A stretch of DNA of 64,000 nt, from assembly GCF_039545135.1 (NCBI RefSeq), contig NZ_BAABRU010000004.1:130427-194426 (forward strand). Reading direction: 5' to 3'. This DNA is from Herpetosiphon gulosus (GTDB lineage Bacteria; Chloroflexota; Chloroflexia; Chloroflexales; Herpetosiphonaceae). A program made the translations under genes and the position numbers. Below, piece by piece: positions 1 to 9,272 of the stretch (position 1 is its first letter; each line of letters opens with the position of its first letter). The notes under the pieces are model-generated. The model was not told the DNA's origin and did not search any database. It saw only the letters and a program-made list of their open reading frames with translations.

Positions 1-761
1 TTAAAAAATTCTTTTGATACATACGTTTTAGTCTTATTCGTGTATGTGCCATAGTGTGTATAGATTTGTCCGTAGTGAATGCAACCAACACCCGTTTCCG
101 TAAAATCTTTTTTCTGTAATCCGCCGCCGCGAATAAATTCGCCAATCTCTCCCAATGTGCTCCTCTGCACTTCGCCATCTTCAAAACTCAACAATTGCTC
201 ACGATAGTACGTATATTGTTTTTTACGGGCGGTCAGCTCGGCGGTCAGCTCGGCGGTCAGCTCGGCAAAGCCGTCCAAAATCGTAACGATTTTGGACTGG
301 ATTTGCCGCGATTTTTTTGGATTTTCAGGACATGGGATGGGAATTTCCTTATTTGCATAATTACTAATCCATTGACGTTTGTGATCACCGTCAACTAATT
401 CACTTGGCAATGTATTCAGCCAATAATAAATATATTTAGATAAGGTTCTAGACTCATCTGCTGATGAAATCATTTTCATCGCCGATGATTTGGCTTTGAA
501 ATCGAAATCAACCCATTTATGGGCTGTTGTAAAATCATCAAAAATTATAACAGGGGTAGCTGATGCGTTATAAATTCCGTCTGTTTCATCTGTATAACCA
601 AGGATGAATGTTTTACCAGCAGTCAATACCGGAATTTTAAAATCATCGTTATAGTTGGTTGATTGAACAAGGTATTTAGTTGGTTGCTCATATTTTGTTA
701 CCTCCCCCAACGGCAACCACTCCACCGCAACCCCATCCAGCAACTTTTCTAAATAGCTCAT
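1..761 (-). CDS. hsdS: Type I restriction-modification specificity subunit HsdS, N-terminal part (gene continues beyond window start)
   Basis: I translated the minus strand from an ATG at 761..759 that overlaps the hsdM stop as ATGA. The product begins [21 protein letters not shown]..., a typical HsdS target-recognition-domain N-terminus. It is followed by a central [12 protein letters not shown] spacer motif. No stop codon occurs before position 1. The ORF track does not list it because it is truncated. Confidence 0.8.
   Translation of the reverse strand, partial: MSYLEKLLDGVAVEWLPLGEVTKYEQPTKYLVQSTNYNDDFKIPVLTAGKTFILGYTDETDGIYNASATPVIIFDDFTTAHKWVDFDFKAKSSAMKMISSADESRTLSKYIYYWLNTLPSELVDGDHKRQWISNYANKEIPIPCPENPKKSRQIQSKIVTILDGFAELTAELTAELTARKKQYTYYREQLLSFEDGEVQRSTLGEIGEFIRGGGLQKKDFTETGVGCIHYGQIYTHYGTYTNKTKTYVSKEFF
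228..266. repeat. 12-bp tandem repeat (ggcggtcagctc)x3 inside hsdS; encodes TAEL x3 on the coding strand
   Basis: Direct reading of ggcggtcagctcggcggtcagctcggcggtcagctcggc. The translated region is [13 protein letters not shown]. Confidence 0.9.
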
Positions 762-2317
762 GCCTCAAGCTCCTCAGATTCAAGCTCAGCCACAATCGCA
801 TCAATCTCCTTGCGCAATTGGTCAATTCTGGCAACCGTGATTTTCAAATTGGCATTGAGCTGGGCAATATCCACTACTTCGCGATTATCTTTGGCTTCGA
901 CATAGCTGCTAACCGACAGATTGTAGTCGTTGGCGGCGATGGCTTCATAGGCTACCGATTGCGCGAAGTGCGCGAGATTGGCCTTGCTCTCGAACACCGC
1001 CATAATCTGGTCGATATGGGCTTCGGTGAGCGTGTTGGTATTAGTTTCTTTTTTAAATAAACCGCTGGCATCGATAAACTGGGTGGTGGTGTCGGTTTTA
1101 TGTTTCGACAACACTAGAATCGTCACCGCAATGCTCGTGCCATAAAACAGGTTGGGTGCGAGCGCAATCACCGTTTCCACAAAGTTATTATCAATCAAAT
1201 ATTGACGGATTTTCTGCTCAGCGCCGCCACGGTAAAAAATCCCCGGGAAGCAAACAATCGCGGCGCGGCCTTTACTGGAAAGATAACTGAGCGCATGCAA
1301 CACAAAAGCAAAATCGGCTTTGGACTTGGGAGCTAAGACCCCGGCTGGCGCAAAACGGTCGTCGTTGATCAGCGTCGGATCATCGGAGCCGATCCACTTG
1401 ACTGAGTAGGGCGGGTTGGAAACGATCGCATCAAAGGGTTTATCACCAAGAAATTGTGGGTTGGTCAGGGTATTGCCCAACTGAATATTGAACTTATCGT
1501 AGTTGATGTTATGCAAAAACATGTTCATCCGCGCCAAGTTGTAGGTGGTGTGGTTAATCTCCTGGCCCCAAAAACCATCTTCAATAATATGCTCGTCGAA
1601 GTGCTTTTTGGCTTGCAGCAGCAGCGAGCCGGAACCTGCGGCGGGATCATAAATTTTATTAACGCTGGTTTGCTTGTGCATGGCCAGCTTGGCAATCAGC
1701 TTTGATACATGCTGCGGGGTGAAAAACTCACCGCCGGATTTACCAGCATTAGCGGCATAGTTGGAGATCAGATACTCATAGGCATCGCCAAACAAGTCGA
1801 TCTGACTATCTTCAAAATCGCCAAAGTCCAGCCCAGCGACCCCTTTGATCACGGCGGCCAAGCGCTGGTTTTTCTCCTTGACAGTATTGCCAAGGCGATT
1901 GCTGGTGGTATCGAAATCGGCAAACAGGCCTTTGATATCGGTCTCGGAAGCGTAGCCGATGGCCGAATTTTCAATCGCGCCAAAGATCGTCGCAAGATCG
2001 GTATTTAACTGTTGGTTGGTATTGGCAGTTTTGGCGATAGTTTCAAACAACTGGCTAGGGTAGATAAAATAGCCCTTGGTTTTGATTGCATCATCTTTGA
2101 TATCGGGAGTAATGACCGCATCAGCAAGCGCGGCGTAATTGATACTCTCATCGCCACCAGCAATATAGCTAGCAAAGTTTTCGCTGATAAAGCGATAAAA
2201 CAGCGTGCCCAGCACATATTGCTTAAAATCCCAGCCATCGACAGAGCCACGGACATCATTGGCAATCTGCCAGATTTGGCGATAGAGAGCGGCACGTTGT
2301 TGTTGGATGCTTGTCAT
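758..2317 (-). CDS. hsdM: Type I restriction-modification DNA methyltransferase subunit HsdM (N6-adenine methyltransferase)
   Basis: 519-aa product with NPPY catalytic motif ([10 protein letters not shown]) and an SAM-binding DPAAGSGS motif. The N-terminal HsdM_N-like region ([13 protein letters not shown]) is present. The gene is translationally coupled to the downstream hsdS. Confidence 0.9.
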   Translation of the reverse strand: MTSIQQQRAALYRQIWQIANDVRGSVDGWDFKQYVLGTLFYRFISENFASYIAGGDESINYAALADAVITPDIKDDAIKTKGYFIYPSQLFETIAKTANTNQQLNTDLATIFGAIENSAIGYASETDIKGLFADFDTTSNRLGNTVKEKNQRLAAVIKGVAGLDFGDFEDSQIDLFGDAYEYLISNYAANAGKSGGEFFTPQHVSKLIAKLAMHKQTSVNKIYDPAAGSGSLLLQAKKHFDEHIIEDGFWGQEINHTTYNLARMNMFLHNINYDKFNIQLGNTLTNPQFLGDKPFDAIVSNPPYSVKWIGSDDPTLINDDRFAPAGVLAPKSKADFAFVLHALSYLSSKGRAAIVCFPGIFYRGGAEQKIRQYLIDNNFVETVIALAPNLFYGTSIAVTILVLSKHKTDTTTQFIDASGLFKKETNTNTLTEAHIDQIMAVFESKANLAHFAQSVAYEAIAANDYNLSVSSYVEAKDNREVVDIAQLNANLKITVARIDQLRKEIDAIVAELESEELEA

Positions 2318-2359
2318 GGTGCTTTCCTATCTAATCTATCGTGATCTGCTGAATGTACG

Positions 2360-2612
2360 GGTACCGTTCCCTCACCCCCTGCCCCCGCTCCTACTGCGGC
2401 GGGCGAGGGGCACAGTACCGTTCCCTCACCCCCGACCCCTCTCCCACGGCGGCGAGCGAGGGGCGTTCTACCCTTCATGATGGAGCGGTTCCCCCTCGCT
2501 CGCTTGCGGGAGAGGGGGCTAGGGGGTGAGGGCATTCCAATCGACTCCAAATCCCACCCACCAAATTATTAACAACCAACTCTTGAACGGAGGGGGCTAG
2601 GGGTGAGGGCAG
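2360..2612. repeat. Dispersed structured GC-rich palindromic repeat, family A (about 2.5 tandem units)
   Basis: Units such as ccctcaccccNacccctc(g/t)cccacNgcggcgggcgaggggc, each with an internal 10-bp stem (cccctcgccc...gggcgagggg). An outer inverted repeat ccctcacccc...ggggtgaggg encloses the unit. The same element recurs at 3922, 6771, 13912 and 42457. Confidence 0.85.
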
Positions 2613-2614
2613 CG

Positions 2615-3334
2615 TTAATTTGCGTTCTTGGGCTGAGCCAAACGCCCCAGTAACAAGCCAAATTCAAACAAAAGATACATTGGAACCGCCAAAAAGGCCA
2701 AGTTGGCAGGGTCGCCCGTTGGGGTCAAAATTGCCGCAGCAATCACCGTGATCAGCACAACATAGCGGCGATAACCACCAAGTTTGCGTGGATTCAAAAT
2801 GCCAAGCTTGGTGAGGGTAAACATGATCATCGGCAGTTCAAACACAATCCCATTGATTAGCAGTAGGCGGGTCAGAATTGAGAGAAAATCATCGAGGCGC
2901 GGCTTGTTTTCGATCAAATTACCAGTATTTTCGATGCCAAAGTTGATCAAAAATTTAATTGCGGCTGGGGCAGTTACAAACCAACCAAAGGCCAAGCCAC
3001 CCAAAAAGCACAAAATCACCATGGGCAAACCGATAAAAATCCATTTGCGTTCGGTGCGGGTCAGGCCAGGCGCTAAAAAAGCCAAAAGTTGATAAATAAT
3101 TACCGGCATGGCTGCTGCAATGCCCAGCGTCAGCGCTGTACTGAGGTAGGTGGTAAAGGTTTCGGCAACTTGGGTTGTTTGCACGCCCTGCTCGCCAGCA
3201 AAGCTCAAAATCACATATTTAATAAAGCTAGTGCTATTGACAATATAAAAACCACCAAACATGCCAATTAATACCGCAATCGAGACCTTGGTGAGTCGTG
3301 AACGCAACTCACGCAAGTGATCGAGCAAAGTCAT
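2615..3334 (-). CDS. tatC: Twin-arginine translocase subunit TatC
   Basis: Multi-TM protein with a TatC-type N-terminus, MTLLDHLRELRSRL, at the internal Met I take as the start (3334). The ORF is open upstream to 3394. Confidence 0.85.
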   Translation of the reverse strand: MTLLDHLRELRSRLTKVSIAVLIGMFGGFYIVNSTSFIKYVILSFAGEQGVQTTQVAETFTTYLSTALTLGIAAAMPVIIYQLLAFLAPGLTRTERKWIFIGLPMVILCFLGGLAFGWFVTAPAAIKFLINFGIENTGNLIENKPRLDDFLSILTRLLLINGIVFELPMIMFTLTKLGILNPRKLGGYRRYVVLITVIAAAILTPTGDPANLAFLAVPMYLLFEFGLLLGRLAQPKNAN

Positions 3335-3359
3335 GGTGCCATCAAGCGCAGTCGTTGAT

Positions 3360-3830
3360 CTAGCCATTGGTTTGCTCCTCGGCGGCAGGCGCACGCAACG
3401 CTTGATCTAACGGCTGATCAAGCAAATCGTCATCGAGCATCACACGAGCTTGGCGGGCAATCTCAGGCCGTGCTGCTGGGGCTTTGGGGGTTGGGTCAAT
3501 CACATTAGCCGCAGCCGTTGTTTTGGGATCTAAACCAAGATCGACGATCATCGCCCGATCATCATCGGAGAGAATCGAGCGCCCAAGCTCTTGAATTTGG
3601 CGGCGCGGGTCGAGTTCGCGAATTTGGCGGGCCATTTTTTCGACCGATTCATAATCGTCGCCCAGCTCGTTACGCGCCTGATTGCGCAGATCGGTAACCA
3701 TTTTGCGGCCTTTGCTGATCCACTGGCCAATTTGAAACAACATTTCAGGCAAGCGCTCAGGTCCGACCACCACCAGGGCAATCACCAAGATGATCACAAA
3801 TTCAAACGGGCCAATCCCAAAAATTGTCAT
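3360..3830 (-). CDS. tatA: Twin-arginine translocase TatA/TatB family protein
   Basis: N-terminal MTIFGIGPFEFVIILVIALVVVGPERLPE is the TatA/B signature TM helix plus hinge. The 156-aa length is TatB-like. Confidence 0.8.
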   Translation of the reverse strand: MTIFGIGPFEFVIILVIALVVVGPERLPEMLFQIGQWISKGRKMVTDLRNQARNELGDDYESVEKMARQIRELDPRRQIQELGRSILSDDDRAMIVDLGLDPKTTAAANVIDPTPKAPAARPEIARQARVMLDDDLLDQPLDQALRAPAAEEQTNG

Positions 3831-3921
3831 AAGCGTCTGACCACTGGCTACAGGCTTGGGGCAACGCTTTAAGCAGAGTTAACCGAAAGCCCAACAAATA
3901 ACTGCAATGGTTTATCGTTGC

Positions 3922-4152
3922 GTCCCCTCACCCTCGACATATCCTTACAAGGGTAGGTTTTAACGTTCCCTCACCCCAACCCCTCGCCCACTGCGGCGGG
4001 CGAGGGGCGTTCTACCCTTCATGATGGAGCGCTTCCCCCTCTCCTCGCAGGGCGGGAGAGGGGGCTAGGGGGTGAGGGCATGTCAATCGATGGTGAATCC
4101 CACCCAATCATTGCTAACAACCCACCCTTGTAAGGCGAGGGGGTGAGGGATG
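3922..4152. repeat. Family A palindromic repeat copy with extra outer inverted repeat
   Basis: Same core as 2360..2612. It is flanked by tcccctcaccctcg...ccttacaaggg on one side and cccttgtaaggcgagggggtgaggga on the other. Confidence 0.85.
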
Positions 4153-4231
4153 CCAACCATTACAAATAACAAATGGACAATGCCATGCAAGGCCGAACAC
4201 CTTGCAGCATTGTCCACTGTTCGCATACAAA

Positions 4232-4471
4232 TTACTCTTGGATGTTTGCTTTGATAAATGCTTCAGCGTCGCCGACGGTGCGCAATTTTTCAGCTTCTTC
4301 GTCGGTAATTTCTACGCCGAATTCTTCTTCGAGCGACATGACCAACTCGACCAAATCGAGTGAGTCGGCGTTAAGATCGTCCAAGAAGGTGGCGCTTGGC
4401 ACAATTTTGTCTTCTTCTACGCCCAATTGTTCAGCAACCAATTTCTTCAAGCGTTCGTTTAAGTCTGACAT
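4232..4471 (-). CDS. acpP: Acyl carrier protein
   Basis: 79 aa, with the phosphopantetheine attachment motif [16 protein letters not shown]. Confidence 0.92.
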   Translation of the reverse strand: MSDLNERLKKLVAEQLGVEEDKIVPSATFLDDLNADSLDLVELVMSLEEEFGVEITDEEAEKLRTVGDAEAFIKANIQE

Positions 4472-4528
4472 TGTTAGATTCTCCGTATAGATAAGGATAA
4501 GTCCGAGGCAATCAAAGGGATTACCGAG

Positions 4529-4993
4529 TTATTCCTCGGATTCAGGTTTATTGACCACGGTACTGAGCACGCCATTGACAAAACGGCCAGAATTATCGCT
4601 GCCGAAATGTTTTGCAAGCTCGACCGCTTCATTAATCACGGCTTTAACCGGAGCTTTATCCGCCGCCGCATCGTAGAGAATTTCAAACAAAGCGATGCGC
4701 AGCACCGCAATATCCACCCCAGGCATTTGGTGGACAGGCCAAGATGGGGCAATTTTAGCAATTAAATCATCAATCTCTTGACGATTACCCCATGCACCAT
4801 TAACAATTCGGGCAAAAAAATCACGACCTTCTGCGCTGAACATTTCATCATCACTGATGCGTGCAACAACCGAATCAAGGTCGTGGGTGGTTTGATCAAG
4901 TTCAAAGAGTGCCTGAAGTGCCGCAGCACGCACTCGGTGGCGAAGGCTACCCACGGTTCTGCTCGACATCCTGAATATAGACATTAACCGCAC
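4529..4993 (-). CDS. nusB: Transcription antitermination factor NusB
   Basis: 154 aa. The ALQALFELD... pattern is typical of NusB. Confidence 0.8.
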   Translation of the reverse strand: MRLMSIFRMSSRTVGSLRHRVRAAALQALFELDQTTHDLDSVVARISDDEMFSAEGRDFFARIVNGAWGNRQEIDDLIAKIAPSWPVHQMPGVDIAVLRIALFEILYDAAADKAPVKAVINEAVELAKHFGSDNSGRFVNGVLSTVVNKPESEE

Positions 4994-5309
4994 TGACCGG
5001 CATGCCGACCATTTCGTTTAATGCTTCGGTTACCGCCGATTGAACACGAGCGCCGAGATCAAGCAAGTTGACATCGGGTTGGGCGATCAGGTAGCAATCG
5101 GCACTGACGCTATCATCGACAACACGGATTGCCACACCATCAGCATTAGCAGTTCCGCTCCCCAACATGCTACCGACACGTTGTTGGCCAGGCACACTGC
5201 CCAACCGCGCAACGCCAGCAACATCCTGCGCCGTCAACGAGACAATCGCTGAAAGCACATCGGGGGCAATTGTCACAGTTCCAAATGGTTGATTCACGGT
5301 TTTCTCCAA
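4947..5309 (-). CDS. Asp23/Gls24 family envelope stress protein
   Basis: 120 aa. [17 protein letters not shown] and the following glycine-rich segment are typical of the Asp23 family. Confidence 0.75.
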   Translation of the reverse strand: MEKTVNQPFGTVTIAPDVLSAIVSLTAQDVAGVARLGSVPGQQRVGSMLGSGTANADGVAIRVVDDSVSADCYLIAQPDVNLLDLGARVQSAVTEALNEMVGMPVSAVNVYIQDVEQNRG

Positions 5310-5316
5310 GACTGCC

Positions 5317-6684
5317 CTATGCTGTCGCTTCTTTGGCAGCCTGTTGATTTAAAATATCAGCCAAGGTGTGCGTTGCAACATCGCCGCTCACAAAAGCTGG
5401 CTCGTTCATCATGCGCAGTTGAAATGGCAAGGTGGTCGTAATGCCATTGATCACACATTCGCTTAATGCTCGCCGCATGCGTTCAATTGCCTCAAGCCGC
5501 GTTTCCCCCCAGACGATCACTTTGGCTAACATCGAATCGTAGTTGGTAGGAGTGCGATAACCTGAATAGAGATGCGAATCGACCCGTACCCCTGGGCCAC
5601 CTGGCGGCAAGTAGAGATCGACAGTCCCGCCAGCAGGCATAAAATCACGGTCGGCATCTTCGGCATTAATCCGACATTCAATCGCATGCCCGCGTATTTT
5701 AATGTCATCCTGAGTGAGCGTCAAGCGTTCGCCGGAAGCAATCCGAATTTGCCACTTAACCAGATCAAGCCCAGTCAGCCATTCGGTCACAGGGTGCTCA
5801 ACCTGCAAACGGGTGTTCATTTCCATAAAATAGAAATTTCCCTGATGATCGAGCAAAAATTCCATCGTACCAGCGTTGTAGTAGCCAATTTCACGCACGC
5901 CATGCAAGGCCGCTTCGCCCATTTTCTGGCGTAATTCTGGGGTCAAGGCAGGCGATGGGCCTTCTTCAACCACTTTTTGATGGCGACGTTGCAACGAGCA
6001 ATCACGCTCGCCCAGGTGAATTGCATGGCCATGTTGATCAGCCAAAATCTGAATTTCAACATGGCGCACCACCGGCAAGTATTTTTCCATATACAGATCG
6101 CCACGGCCAAAGGCAGCTTCGGCCTCAGCGCGGGCGGTATTAAAGGCGCGGGCCAATTCATCGGGCTGATTGACCACACGCATGCCCCGCCCGCCACCAC
6201 CAGCCACAGCTTTGAGCAAAACCGGGTAGCCAATACCATCAGCCAAGCTTTGGGCTTCTTCAACGCTGGTCAAGGGGTTTTCGGTGCCAGGTACAAGCGG
6301 CAGGCCAGCCAACTTCATGGCTTGCTTTGCCAAGGCTTTATCGCCCATACGCTGAATCGAATCGGCTGAAGGGCCAATAAAGGTCAGGCCACATTCACGG
6401 CAACTCTCAGCAAAATAAGGGTTTTCCGACAAAAAGCCATAACCTGGGTGAATCCCATCGCAATCGCTAATCAACGCGGCGCTAATCAAGGCTGGCGCAT
6501 TCAAATAGGATTTGGCTGGTGGTGGCGGGCCAATACAAATCGCTTCATCGGCCATGCGCACCGCCAGCGAATCGCGATCGGCCTCGGAATAGGCGGCAAC
6601 CGCTTTGATGCCTAGCTCGTGGCAAGCGCGAATGATCCGCACCGCAATTTCACCACGATTGGCAATTAAAATTTTGCGTAACAT
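5317..6684 (-). CDS. accC: Acetyl-CoA carboxylase biotin carboxylase subunit
   Basis: 455 aa. MLRKILIANRGEIAVRIIRACHELGI plus ATP-grasp motifs. No accB is adjacent. Confidence 0.92.
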   Translation of the reverse strand: MLRKILIANRGEIAVRIIRACHELGIKAVAAYSEADRDSLAVRMADEAICIGPPPPAKSYLNAPALISAALISDCDGIHPGYGFLSENPYFAESCRECGLTFIGPSADSIQRMGDKALAKQAMKLAGLPLVPGTENPLTSVEEAQSLADGIGYPVLLKAVAGGGGRGMRVVNQPDELARAFNTARAEAEAAFGRGDLYMEKYLPVVRHVEIQILADQHGHAIHLGERDCSLQRRHQKVVEEGPSPALTPELRQKMGEAALHGVREIGYYNAGTMEFLLDHQGNFYFMEMNTRLQVEHPVTEWLTGLDLVKWQIRIASGERLTLTQDDIKIRGHAIECRINAEDADRDFMPAGGTVDLYLPPGGPGVRVDSHLYSGYRTPTNYDSMLAKVIVWGETRLEAIERMRRALSECVINGITTTLPFQLRMMNEPAFVSGDVATHTLADILNQQAAKEATA

Positions 6685-6770
6685 GTTGGTTCCTCAGCTA
6701 AAGCGTTCGAGCAAGCGTTCCAACGCTGCTGCCTCATTGTAATGGTTTATATGGTCGCAATGGTCGCTAT

Positions 6771-6960
6771 GCCCTCACCCCAACCCCTCTCGCACTACGG
6801 CGAGCGAGGGGCTTTATCAGGGTCGGTTTTGCGTTCCCTCACCCCAACCCCGCTCCCACGGCGGCGGGCGAGGGGCATTCCACCGCTCCACCGATTCATT
6901 GGTGAGCTAGTTCCCCTCGCTCGCTGGGCGGGAGAGGGGGCTAGGGGGTGAGGGAACCTC
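6771..6960. repeat. Family A palindromic repeat (two units)
   Basis: Contains ccctcaccccaacccctctcgcactacggcgagcgaggggc ... gggagagggggctagggggtgaggg. Confidence 0.85.
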
Positions 6961-6974
6961 ATAAACCATTACAT

Positions 6975-7730
6975 TTAATACATGGTCATGCCGCCATCGA
7001 CCGCCAAGGTTTGGCCAGTGATGTAGCCCGCAGCATCGGAAGCCAAGAAGACCACCGCGTTGGCAATTTCGGCAGGTTGACCCATACGTGCCAAAGGAAT
7101 TCGATCCAAGGCTTTGTTGATTAATTCTTCGGACATGGCATTGCGGGTCATATCGGTTTCAATAAAGCCTGGGCAAATCGCGTTGGCGGTAATCCCCCGC
7201 GAGGCCATTTCTTGGGCCACCGACTTGCTAAAGCCGATCAGGCCAGCTTTGGCAGCGGCGTAGTTGGCTTGGCCGGCATTGCCTGTTAGACCGATAACTG
7301 AGCTAATCGTGATCACGCGACCCCATTTATTTTTCATCATTGGGCGCAGCACAGCCTTGGTCAGCAACATCACCCCACGCAGGTTGGTTTGCAACACATC
7401 ATCAACTTCGCTCTCTTTCATGCGCAACAACAAGTTATCACGGGTAATGCCAGCATTGTTGACCAGAATATCGACGCGGCCAAAGGCTTCGGTCGTGGCT
7501 TTGAGCAAGGCTTCGTGGCTGGCAGCATCAGCTACATCGGCCTGTACCGCCAGAGCCTTGCCACCCTTGGCAGTAATCGTCTCGACCACTTCAGCAGCGG
7601 CGGCTTCGCTACCACGATAATTGACCACCACCGCAGCGCCGCTGGCGGCCAACGCCTCAGCGATTGCCCGACCGATCCCGCGTGAAGCTCCCGTCACAAT
7701 TGCGACCCGACCCGTTAAATCTAGTTGCAT
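6975..7730 (-). CDS. fabG: 3-oxoacyl-ACP reductase FabG (SDR)
   Basis: The ORF is open to 7853, but an SDR-type start, MQLDLTGRVAIVTGASRGIGRAIA, lies at 7730. It has the TGxxxGIG Rossmann motif and a YAAAKAG catalytic region. Confidence 0.8.
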   Translation of the reverse strand: MQLDLTGRVAIVTGASRGIGRAIAEALAASGAAVVVNYRGSEAAAAEVVETITAKGGKALAVQADVADAASHEALLKATTEAFGRVDILVNNAGITRDNLLLRMKESEVDDVLQTNLRGVMLLTKAVLRPMMKNKWGRVITISSVIGLTGNAGQANYAAAKAGLIGFSKSVAQEMASRGITANAICPGFIETDMTRNAMSEELINKALDRIPLARMGQPAEIANAVVFLASDAAGYITGQTLAVDGGMTMY

Positions 7731-7746
7731 GCTTGCTCCTTCAACA

Positions 7747-8490
7747 CTAAACCATGCGCCAACCGCCATCGACTGGCAGCACTTGGCCCGTAATATAGCC
7801 CGCCTCAGGATTGGCCAGCATAAAAATTGCTGGGGTAATTTCGGCAGGTGCACCTAAGCGTTTCAACGGCACAATATTGGTGGCCCATGGGATATAACTT
7901 GGATCAAAACTCGACATATGGGGCCGTGAGATCAGGCCTGGAGCAACGCTATTCACCGTAATACCCCATGGTGCAACCTCACGCGCCAACGATTTAGAAA
8001 AGCCGATAATCCCACCCAGAGCGGCGGCATAATTGGCTTGGGTTAGGCCGCCAGCTAAGGGCTGATAGCCAGTAATCGTGATAATTCGCCCGTAACGGGC
8101 TTTTTGCATTGGCCGCAAAACGGCGCGGGTAATCCGCGTCACGCCACGCAGCATCACATCCATCACTTCGTTCCATTGCTCAAGGGTCATGTCGGCCACC
8201 GGAGCATTGTTAACCGCAGAATGGGCAGTGATCAGCATATCGAGCCGTTCCCAGCGTCGCACAGCCACTTCAACCAAGCTATTCATGGCTTCAGCATCGC
8301 GCACATCGGCCTTGATCGCGATTAAACGCTGCTCATCAGCAATCGTATCGCACATCTCTTCAGCCAAATCATCGCGCTGGCGATAGCAAAAAACCACCCG
8401 TGCACCGCGTTGAATCAGCCCTGAAACCACTTCGCGCCCAACCGCGCCAGTGCCACCTGTGACAATCGCCACTTGATCGTTAATACTCAT
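7747..8490 (-). CDS. SDR family oxidoreductase (FabG paralog)
   Basis: MSINDQVAIVTGGTGAVG Rossmann motif and YAAALGG catalytic region. 247 aa. Confidence 0.75.
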   Translation of the reverse strand: MSINDQVAIVTGGTGAVGREVVSGLIQRGARVVFCYRQRDDLAEEMCDTIADEQRLIAIKADVRDAEAMNSLVEVAVRRWERLDMLITAHSAVNNAPVADMTLEQWNEVMDVMLRGVTRITRAVLRPMQKARYGRIITITGYQPLAGGLTQANYAAALGGIIGFSKSLAREVAPWGITVNSVAPGLISRPHMSSFDPSYIPWATNIVPLKRLGAPAEITPAIFMLANPEAGYITGQVLPVDGGWRMV

Positions 8491-8499
8491 TCTGCACCC

Positions 8500-9267
8500 C
8501 TATGGCATGACCCAGCCGCCGTCAATCGTCAGCACATGGCCAATAATATACGATGCAGCAGGCGATGCCAGAAAGGCTACCGCTGGCGCAACTTCTTCAA
8601 CTTTGCCAAAGCGTTTGAGTGGAATCACATCAAGCGCCCAGGTTCGCAGCCATTGCGGAATGTGGTCGATAAAATCGGTATCGATATAGCCAGGTGCAAC
8701 CACATTCACCACAATGCCATCGGAAGTGACTTCGCGTGCCACGGCCTTGGAAAAACCAACCAAGCCCATTTTGGCCGCTGCATAGTTGGTTTGGCCAACA
8801 TTGCCCGCCAAGCCTGCCAACGAAGCAATGCTCACGATACGGCCATAGCGATTGGCTCGCATCGCTGGCAACACCGCTTGCGTGCATAAAAATGCCGAGG
8901 TCAGATCAGCCTTGATCACCTCGTCCCACTCATCGTCTTTCAAACGCTGAAAGAGATTATCGCGGGTGATGCCTGCGTTATTGATCAGAATCTGAATCGT
9001 ACCCCATTCAGCCAAGGTTTGAGTAACCATCGTCTCAACCGATTGCTGATCAGTTACGTCGGCCTGAATTGCCATCGCCACCCCGCCAGCGGCTTGAATT
9101 TCGGCAACCACTGCCTCAGCTTTGGCGGCACTTGATTGATAATTAACAACGACTTTAACGCCCCAACTGGCTAGCTCCAAAGCAATCGCTCGGCCAATCC
9201 CGCGCGATGCTCCGGTGACAATCGCCACATGGTCTTGCATTCCCCGCATAGCAGCTGCCTCACCCAC
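8500..9267 (-). CDS. SDR family oxidoreductase, FabG-like (third tandem paralog)
   Basis: The MQDHVAIVTGASRGIGRAIALELA Rossmann motif puts the real start at about 9240-9249. It also has a YAAAKMG catalytic region. Confidence 0.75.
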   Translation of the reverse strand: MGEAAAMRGMQDHVAIVTGASRGIGRAIALELASWGVKVVVNYQSSAAKAEAVVAEIQAAGGVAMAIQADVTDQQSVETMVTQTLAEWGTIQILINNAGITRDNLFQRLKDDEWDEVIKADLTSAFLCTQAVLPAMRANRYGRIVSIASLAGLAGNVGQTNYAAAKMGLVGFSKAVAREVTSDGIVVNVVAPGYIDTDFIDHIPQWLRTWALDVIPLKRFGKVEEVAPAVAFLASPAASYIIGHVLTIDGGWVMP

Positions 9268-9272
9268 TTACA

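Noticed and set aside
680-2344. Multiple plus-strand ORFs of 83-126 aa overlapping hsdM/hsdS (680-1060, 1454-1705, 1709-2008, 2012-2344)
   Set aside because: They are antisense to strongly supported HsdM and HsdS coding sequence, and they lack motifs or start context. I rejected similar antisense ORFs throughout the track, for example 5572-5934, 5977-6369, 9612-10043, 13414-13890, 19094-19651, 20399-20833, 34377-34760, 35879-36418, 39526-39879, 50242-50691 and 55423-57396.
2314-2550. 78-aa ORF rich in Gly/Arg/Pro within the intergenic region
   Set aside because: It lies entirely inside a family A palindromic repeat. Its GC-rich, low-complexity composition, and the recurrence of the same DNA at four other intergenic loci, argue that it is non-coding.
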